From: an uncultured virus (IMG/VR IMGVR_UViG_3300021256_000060)
Taxonomy: Duplodnaviria > Heunggongvirae > Uroviricota > Caudoviricetes
Length of the DNA: 64,000 nucleotides
Direction: 5' to 3' (one strand)
IMG/VR virus record: IMGVR_UViG_3300021256_000060
A program made the translations under genes and the position numbers. This document shows positions 57,803 to 64,000 of the stretch, piece by piece. Within the stretch, counting starts at the first letter, position 1; every line of letters starts with the position of its first letter. The notes beneath the pieces are model-generated. The model searched no databases. It was not told the DNA's origin and saw nothing but the letters and a program-made list of their open reading frames with translations.

Positions 57803-58255
57803 TTAGTTGATAGGCACAATTGATTTCTTAATCAATTCGACTAAACTATCCTTAATATCATCAAATGTACTGTCTTTGTCAGTCAGCTCATAAGTGATAT
57901 TAAACATGTAGTAGGATTTAATCGTACTATCTTGATTTACCTCTACTAAAGGAGTCTTGGTATCATCGTCAACTACCTCAGTGTCATATATAGAGATAAT
58001 TGCTTCAGTGGGATCCTCTTCTTTAACATTGTAGTCACCGACAAATCTAACCTTTTTACCAGTCATCTTTTCTGTAAACTTCTTCCCACTACCGGAAGGA
58101 TTTACATTTCTTTTGCAAACTGTATAGGAATGACCATCTAAGAGAGCCTTGTAGTTAGCGAAAGCTTCAGCATCTTTTAAAGACTCGAAGATAGCGTTAG
58201 GTACAATCTCCCAATAATCTTTATCTCCTACATATACTTCATATATTTCTGTCAT
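57803..58255 (-). CDS. hypothetical protein
   Basis: ORF with SD. Confidence 0.6.
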   Translation of the reverse strand: MTEIYEVYVGDKDYWEIVPNAIFESLKDAEAFANYKALLDGHSYTVCKRNVNPSGSGKKFTEKMTGKKVRFVGDYNVKEEDPTEAIISIYDTEVVDDDTKTPLVEVNQDSTIKSYYMFNITYELTDKDSTFDDIKDSLVELIKKSIVPIN

Positions 58256-58363
58256 GATACATATCCTCCATCCATTATATATTAGTATACATGGTTTTAA
58301 TTTTTAATAAATCAATCACCCCTAGTCATTAGGACTAGGGGCAACTGTTTATTTTAAGATAGA

Positions 58364-60628
58364 TTACTCACACTTACTCCAGCCACAATTACTGCAGGTC
58401 ACACACTTTCCTTCAGGGATAAGTGTTTTCTTCCCGCAATCTGGACACACACGTTTAATAGTATCATCCTCTGTGGGAGTTTCACCAATATCTTGCTTCT
58501 TCATTACCAATTCAATGGCATCAGCTATGGCATTAGAGCAGGAGAGCGATACATCAAGTTCACCATTCCTACGAAGCAGCTGACAAGCAGGACACTGATT
58601 ATTTCTCAGCTCATCCAGTACTCTGGTAAGTTTCACGCCACTACGGAGTGATAGGGAAATCATACGAGTAATAGTATTGATATTAGCTTGACAACCACCA
58701 CTCGCATTAGTGAACACTTCGAAGATATTCCCATCTTCCGTTTTGTTCACTGTCACATACATAGATCTAGCACAGCTAGTACGTACTCGTACAGTAGCAC
58801 CTTCTACGTACTTAGTATTCCTACGACTAGGAGCATCAATACTATCATATGCAGGAACATACCCTTCAGGTACAGATACAAGAGGCTCAGAGGTATCCTC
58901 ATCATCTTTCTTCTTTTCTACACCAAGGATATTACCACGTTCGCATCCATCTACGAATACAGTGATACCTTTAAGACCTTGTTTCCAGGCATCCATGTAA
59001 ATCTCATAGATTTCTTCTTTAGTGGTATCATGCGGAAGGTTAACTGTAGATGATATTGATGCATCCACGTATTCCTGAACGATACCTTGCAAACGTACCC
59101 TCTCAAGATACGGAACATCATGTGATTCTATCAGGAATGGGAATCTCTTCTTAGCCTCTTCTACACTAATACCCTCACAATGGTGGAACCTAAGCAGATC
59201 TTCTACGCCACGTGCATAGACTCTAAAGGTCTTTCCACTATCCTCCATGGAATGGGACGTACGCTCATAAGCGATCTTAAACATAGGTTCAATACCACCA
59301 GTATACTTACCAGCAAACAAACTAATAGTTCCGGTAGGAGCAATAGAAAGAATAGTTCCGTTACGAAGACCATACTTACGAATATCATCATGAAGCTCAG
59401 GATAAGCCTGTATTTGAACAGATTTGAGAGAATAGTCAGCATTGAATTTTTTGAACGGCCCTTTCTTCTTAGCCAATTCGATATCAGTAATGAGAGCCTG
59501 TTTCATGATCTCTTCCATTACGTCACTCATCAAATGACGAGACCCTTCAGAACCGTATCTTATCCCTAATGCTACGAAAGCATCAGCCATACCAAATATA
59601 CCTAAACCAATAGAACGCCAATCATCAATAACCTGCTTATTGAGTTCCAATGGTTGCATATCTCTACCATAGTCCAAGATCTCATCAAGCATACGTACTG
59701 CAAAGTGTACTGTATACTTCAGACGATCATAATTAATGTGAGCGTGGTCGGTAAATTTATCATCGACCATGGCGTACAAATTTATGGAGCCGAGGTTACA
59801 ACTATTTCCGGCGCACGCCCCAAATTCCGCGCACGGATTTGTTGTTTCAATCTTGTATTCAGGATATCCGCTAAGAAGATGGAAGTTATTGATTCTATCA
59901 ATAAACAGGGATCCTGGATCGCCTTTACGCCTTTGACACTCACAGAATTCCATAAAGAATTCTCTTGCATCTATTTCTTTCTCTATTCTAGGAACTACAT
60001 CGTTCTCAAAATGTAGAGTAAACTTCTCATTTTTCTCTACAGCATTCATGAACTCATCTGTGAACTTGATACTGATATTCATAAAAGCCAGTTTCTCATT
60101 CTCTTCCTTAATACGGAGAAATTCAGTGATATCAGGATGCTCACAGGTTAGTGCTACCATAATAGCAGCCCTACGTCCATTTTGGCCTATAACCTGACCT
60201 ACTGTATCAAAGACATTAAGAAATGATACTGCACCGCTACTCTCCATTGCTGAGTTATTTACTTTGGCTCCTTTAGGACGAAGGTTATCAATTGCGATAC
60301 CAGCTCCACCACCATAGGAGAAGATGCGTGCCATGTTTTTAGCAGTATCAAAAATGGCCTCTAGGTTATCTGCAGGAACATTTCCCATTGTATAGCAGTT
60401 TGATAAACTGACTTTTCTCTCTCCTTTATATCCTGCTCCGAACAGTGTACGTCCAGCAGGTAAGAACCATGCCTTATCTAGTAGAGTATATGCATCATCC
60501 TTGATTTCATCACTAAAGATGCTTGCCAGTCTGGGAATGAACTCTTCTGGTTTCTCTCCTTCATGTAGATATTTACGAGTCATGATTCCCATAGAGATTT
60601 CATTGTCATACCATTTCTTTTCACTCAT
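58364..60628 (-). CDS. nrdJ: class II (adenosylcobalamin-dependent) ribonucleotide reductase
   Basis: PAGR, LSNC, GGGAG, RRAA, TNPCAE, CNLGSINL, IAPTGTIS, GIEP, KGITVF, C-terminal TSCPD-like region and CPDC/CSNC ribbon. Confidence 0.92.
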   Translation of the reverse strand: MSEKKWYDNEISMGIMTRKYLHEGEKPEEFIPRLASIFSDEIKDDAYTLLDKAWFLPAGRTLFGAGYKGERKVSLSNCYTMGNVPADNLEAIFDTAKNMARIFSYGGGAGIAIDNLRPKGAKVNNSAMESSGAVSFLNVFDTVGQVIGQNGRRAAIMVALTCEHPDITEFLRIKEENEKLAFMNISIKFTDEFMNAVEKNEKFTLHFENDVVPRIEKEIDAREFFMEFCECQRRKGDPGSLFIDRINNFHLLSGYPEYKIETTNPCAEFGACAGNSCNLGSINLYAMVDDKFTDHAHINYDRLKYTVHFAVRMLDEILDYGRDMQPLELNKQVIDDWRSIGLGIFGMADAFVALGIRYGSEGSRHLMSDVMEEIMKQALITDIELAKKKGPFKKFNADYSLKSVQIQAYPELHDDIRKYGLRNGTILSIAPTGTISLFAGKYTGGIEPMFKIAYERTSHSMEDSGKTFRVYARGVEDLLRFHHCEGISVEEAKKRFPFLIESHDVPYLERVRLQGIVQEYVDASISSTVNLPHDTTKEEIYEIYMDAWKQGLKGITVFVDGCERGNILGVEKKKDDEDTSEPLVSVPEGYVPAYDSIDAPSRRNTKYVEGATVRVRTSCARSMYVTVNKTEDGNIFEVFTNASGGCQANINTITRMISLSLRSGVKLTRVLDELRNNQCPACQLLRRNGELDVSLSCSNAIADAIELVMKKQDIGETPTEDDTIKRVCPDCGKKTLIPEGKCVTCSNCGWSKCE

Positions 60629-60668
60629 CTTAAAACCACCTTTACTATAAAAAATATTTATCAGGTGC

Positions 60669-61016
60669 TCATACAGTAGTTTCAGTTACTAATTTATTTA
60701 TCTTATCCCATAGAGTGGGATTGTTTTCTTTAGTTACAACGGTATTAGATCCATTAGTTAGGTCAACTTCAGTTACCCTATAGCCGTGATAGAAATGTTC
60801 TTCAAAAGAACTATTGTAGGTTACGTAGAAGATATCCTCTTCATTTGGATCTTTATTCATCCACTTATCCTTTATAGTAGGATCAGTGATATGCATCATA
60901 ATCAGATCTAATAGATGATCCTCAGATGTAGCATTGTGGCAGAAAATACCAGGGAGGAAGCATGATGAATCTTCCTCTTTATAAGAGTATTTGGTTATAG
61001 TATATATCTTATCCAC
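60669..61016 (-). CDS. hypothetical protein
   Basis: GTG start with GGAGG SD; AACA-N6-TA promoter at 61041-61052. Confidence 0.6.
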   Translation of the reverse strand: MDKIYTITKYSYKEEDSSCFLPGIFCHNATSEDHLLDLIMMHITDPTIKDKWMNKDPNEEDIFYVTYNSSFEEHFYHGYRVTEVDLTNGSNTVVTKENNPTLWDKINKLVTETTV

Positions 61017-61157
61017 TTCAAAACCTCCTATATAGTGTATTAATCATCTGTTAGTGAGAAAGTATAGTTTTACTATCTCTTTATTAGCCTAATTGTAGGT
61101 TATGAGCCTAAAATAAATAAAAAATAAAGCCGACCAGATATACCGGTCGGCCATACT

Positions 61158-61901
61158 TTATTTTCTCAAGGAGCGGTAACGAGGTCTAAACTTACTATCT
61201 GACTCTGCATCTTCTTCAGTTATAGCAACTGTAGCGGTATGTTCAATAGTATCACCACTGCTGGTACTTGGTTTATTTTCACACTCAGCAGATTCAATCT
61301 TATCCTGTTCCGAGAATGTATCGATTGGAGTTCCATCTGGCCCAACCATAGTGCGAGTTTCCATATCAAGTGGGAAATGCGGAGTCTCTGCATCACACTT
61401 CGGAATATCATTACTATCAATCGGTGTAATCGGTGTAGAATATCTAACAGAATTGTATTTAGACTTCTGTTCCTCTTTATGACAGTCACAGTGATCATTA
61501 CCACAGTTACATTTCTTCTTTGGGACAGTAGAGAATGCTGATGGGAAAAAGGAATGAGTCAGTGCATAGCTTAGTCTGTATATATATACTGAGAACTGTG
61601 CTTCGCCTACTGCATCTTTCAGACGAACTTTTTGATATGCTATTGAACTAACGTGTTTCTTTTGAAAGATAGAGACTTTATATACACTATGGTCTGACCC
61701 TACTATATAGGCTACTGCATCTGTCTCTCTCTTATAGTAATCTGTAGGAACTAAGAACAAGTCTTTTTTATCAGTAATAGCCGATTTGACTAATGTGGCA
61801 AAACGTTGAGTGATATCAACCAATCCATCAAATTCCATAATAACAGGAGCTGATTCTTTGGTTGTATCAATCCTCTGGATACTGATAATAATATCGAGCA
61901 T
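61158..61901 (-). CDS. hypothetical protein with CxCGxDxCxC motif
   Basis: CNCGNDHCDCH. Confidence 0.6.
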   Translation of the reverse strand: MLDIIISIQRIDTTKESAPVIMEFDGLVDITQRFATLVKSAITDKKDLFLVPTDYYKRETDAVAYIVGSDHSVYKVSIFQKKHVSSIAYQKVRLKDAVGEAQFSVYIYRLSYALTHSFFPSAFSTVPKKKCNCGNDHCDCHKEEQKSKYNSVRYSTPITPIDSNDIPKCDAETPHFPLDMETRTMVGPDGTPIDTFSEQDKIESAECENKPSTSSGDTIEHTATVAITEEDAESDSKFRPRYRSLRK

Positions 61902-62094
61902 ACTATCTACCCCACATTCTCTAAGTTATGAGTTAACTACTTTCTTTTTCTTGTTATACTCCACTTTAGGAACACTTTTATTATATTCTCGTCTCACCCA
62001 TGCAGGAACTCTCTGTCCGTTATAGGTATCTTTACGACTCTCTACTCCGAAAGTGAATGCTTTAAATTCCATTAATCTTATCTTTCCTTTCTCA

Positions 62095-62490
62095 TTATAT
62101 AATAGGAGTTCTTTCCATTGTCGGTATTCGTTCCATACCAACTATCATATTATCTAATATCAATCTTAGAATATTCTCATTCTTTTTGATATCTATAGTT
62201 AGGGGAGAGATTCTATTGCTCATACCCATCGTTATTAGATATAAAGCATGAGACCTATCCTCTAGATTGATATAATAATAGGTCTTGTTAGGATTATCTT
62301 TATCTTCTATAGCCCTATTAATAGAAGCTATGAGAAGAATAAGACGATGCTTCAGATTAAATACCATATTACTCGTGAGAGAACATCTCACTCCCTTAGT
62401 ATCTTCATCCAAAACAGTTATTGTTTTTAAACATTCGTCTTTAGTTACATCTAAGTATTTTTCAATCTGGTAATTCCAGTTGGGGATCAT
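62095..62490 (-). CDS. hypothetical protein
   Basis: ORF overlapping the upstream stop. Confidence 0.55.
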   Translation of the reverse strand: MIPNWNYQIEKYLDVTKDECLKTITVLDEDTKGVRCSLTSNMVFNLKHRLILLIASINRAIEDKDNPNKTYYYINLEDRSHALYLITMGMSNRISPLTIDIKKNENILRLILDNMIVGMERIPTMERTPII

Positions 62491-63014
62491 GACACTTTCT
62501 CCATTAACACTTGGTACGCATGAACTTCATTCTTTATTGCTAACTTTACCACGTCCAGATACGTCTCTAGACCATCAACGTATTCACTAACTTCAGACTT
62601 GAGATTATCTAGTTTAGTCATTACATTAGCATTGTGAGGGTGCTTCGTATACACATCAGCATACGTCTCCATAATCTTTTTCTTCAGATCTATATAAGAA
62701 TTCAGAAGAATAGAGTATCTATCTGCTATCTTCATCAATACATTACGGAATTCTTTATCCATAATAGATTTGTATAGCAGTAGTTCATCTAGCTGAGTAC
62801 CGATCCTCTCTGTACGTGATATTACATTTTTGATAGAAATATTGAACCATAATCTACTATGATCACCGAATATAGGATCCGCTTTGGTTCCCAATTTTCT
62901 TAGATAATAATCATGCTTCTTGTTATAAATAACGGATAGCTCTTCTATCCTAGCAGTTAACTCATTATTTCTATCTTGTGCCAGTTTGATAATAGCCTCG
63001 TTAGGTACCATCAT
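62487..63014 (-). CDS. helical hypothetical protein
   Basis: ORF with SD. Confidence 0.6.
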   Translation of the reverse strand: MMVPNEAIIKLAQDRNNELTARIEELSVIYNKKHDYYLRKLGTKADPIFGDHSRLWFNISIKNVISRTERIGTQLDELLLYKSIMDKEFRNVLMKIADRYSILLNSYIDLKKKIMETYADVYTKHPHNANVMTKLDNLKSEVSEYVDGLETYLDVVKLAIKNEVHAYQVLMEKVS

Positions 63015-63028
63015 ATATCCCTTCTTCT

Positions 63029-63322
63029 TTATTCTTGGCCACTATATTTGCCGAATCTACCAATAATAGGATCTCGATATATTCCATTCACTTCGTTAGG
63101 AATATCATCAAATACTGCTATATACTTATAGGGTGTTCCTATATCATTCTTATCATTATCCTTATCATTATATGATGCCAGATAAGCGAATGCCACTCTA
63201 GGAGCCACTTCCTCCAAATGTACTATAACAGTATAAGTCATATCACTGGTGAGTTCGTCTAAAAAGCAGAACTCATCTCCGATGTGTAGTTGTAACACAT
63301 CATCAAATGGCCGGTGTATCAT
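63029..63322 (-). CDS. hypothetical protein
   Basis: ORF with GGAG SD. Confidence 0.6.
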   Translation of the reverse strand: MIHRPFDDVLQLHIGDEFCFLDELTSDMTYTVIVHLEEVAPRVAFAYLASYNDKDNDKNDIGTPYKYIAVFDDIPNEVNGIYRDPIIGRFGKYSGQE

Positions 63323-63337
63323 TGGTCACTATCTCCT

Positions 63338-63664
63338 TTATATTCGTATCCTGTCCTGACAATGGACGTTGTTTAAGAAGTAATACATTGATATCTTATG
63401 GTCTCTAGAATGAGAGAATACTTCTCTACGTTTTCTAAGTCCCAATAGATTATTAATGAACTCATCTACATAGTTCATTATATCAAGCAATGGCTTTCTA
63501 ATGTAAAATACTAACTTTAATCTAGATTTAGATAATCTCAGATTAATCGTTAATCTTCTACTATTGCCATTGTCAATCAAAGCATTCATGATAGTATCTC
63601 TAAGATATAGAGCATTAGCTCTTGTTAGATACTCATCTTCTACTTTGATATTTACTTCTTTCAT
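63338..63664 (-). CDS. hypothetical protein
   Basis: ORF with GAGGTG SD. Confidence 0.55.
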   Translation of the reverse strand: MKEVNIKVEDEYLTRANALYLRDTIMNALIDNGNSRRLTINLRLSKSRLKLVFYIRKPLLDIMNYVDEFINNLLGLRKRREVFSHSRDHKISMYYFLNNVHCQDRIRI

Positions 63665-63669
63665 AGATA

Positions 63670-63978
63670 TCACCTCAATGCGTGATTTCTCTCATTATAG
63701 TTTGGCATATATTTCTTAATTCCAGACTCAGATGTGATAAATTGTTTCGCCAATACTCTAATAGTAGCACTAATACAATCTAGCGATCTATCATCTTTCT
63801 GATCAAAATAGATTAACTTCGGTTTCTTTAGCCTCGCATCTACTACCCCCAGATAATGAGTAAACTCACTATCGAATATATCCAAAGCTATAATACTATC
63901 AGTAATGAAGTGTGGGTTTATTACACTAGGATCAATACCCCTACTCTTCTTTACTAAAGCATAGAAGTCAAAAGTCAT
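63670..63978 (-). CDS. hypothetical protein
   Basis: ORF. Confidence 0.55.
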   Translation of the reverse strand: MTFDFYALVKKSRGIDPSVINPHFITDSIIALDIFDSEFTHYLGVVDARLKKPKLIYFDQKDDRSLDCISATIRVLAKQFITSESGIKKYMPNYNERNHALR

Positions 63979-64000
63979 TAGGAACTGCTTCGCTAATGCC

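Noticed and set aside
28570..60628. Introns or inteins in RNAP, ligase, RecA, GyrA, NrdJ
   Set aside because: ORFs are continuous and of ordinary length, with no splice-junction motifs or embedded endonuclease seen
550..62473. All plus-strand ORFs in the track
   Set aside because: They lie antisense to longer minus-strand genes with SD sites, lack RBS and read as shadow-frame sequence
1..64000. Genome-wide stop-codon reassignment suggested by the UUA tRNA
   Set aside because: Core genes are full length under code 11, and TAA, TAG and TGA all terminate genes at expected positions, often followed by terminators or the next RBS

Overview
This AT-rich window has essentially all genes on the minus strand and comes from a jumbo bacteriophage related to the phiKZ/AR9 group (multisubunit RNA polymerases). 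The host is probably a Firmicute, inferred from strong GGAGG Shine-Dalgarno sites, a GH73 hydrolase and a class II RNR. Recognisable core genes: two halves of a split non-virion RNAP beta subunit, a probable virion RNAP beta C-terminal fragment, a tubulin/FtsZ-like (PhuZ-type) protein, RecA/UvsX, SbcC/Rad50, NAD-dependent DNA ligase, GyrA/ParC, NrdJ, a NADAR-domain protein and an HNH endonuclease. The first 10.4 kb is a tandem array of paralogous putative head proteins with an acidic prodomain, an x-x-E cleavage site and a basic amphipathic C-terminus. Two recurring phage promoter motifs are visible (ATATAYTAT and NACA-N6-TA). The most unusual content is non-coding. (i) A ~545-nt structured RNA at 56.2-56.7 kb is closed by a long-range helix, carries six AAACUGAUAA-type repeats and encloses an ochre-anticodon (UUA) tRNA between 14-bp direct repeats; the same 12-mer precedes the RBS of a nearby DIP1984-like gene. 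(ii) A ~330-nt RNA at 13.4-13.8 kb has its own promoter and terminator and an RNase P-like helix order. (iii) A tRNA mimic has a 14-nt anticodon loop. (iv) A further ~260-nt structured RNA lies at 32.1-32.3 kb. All calls come from reading motifs by eye; no searches were run.
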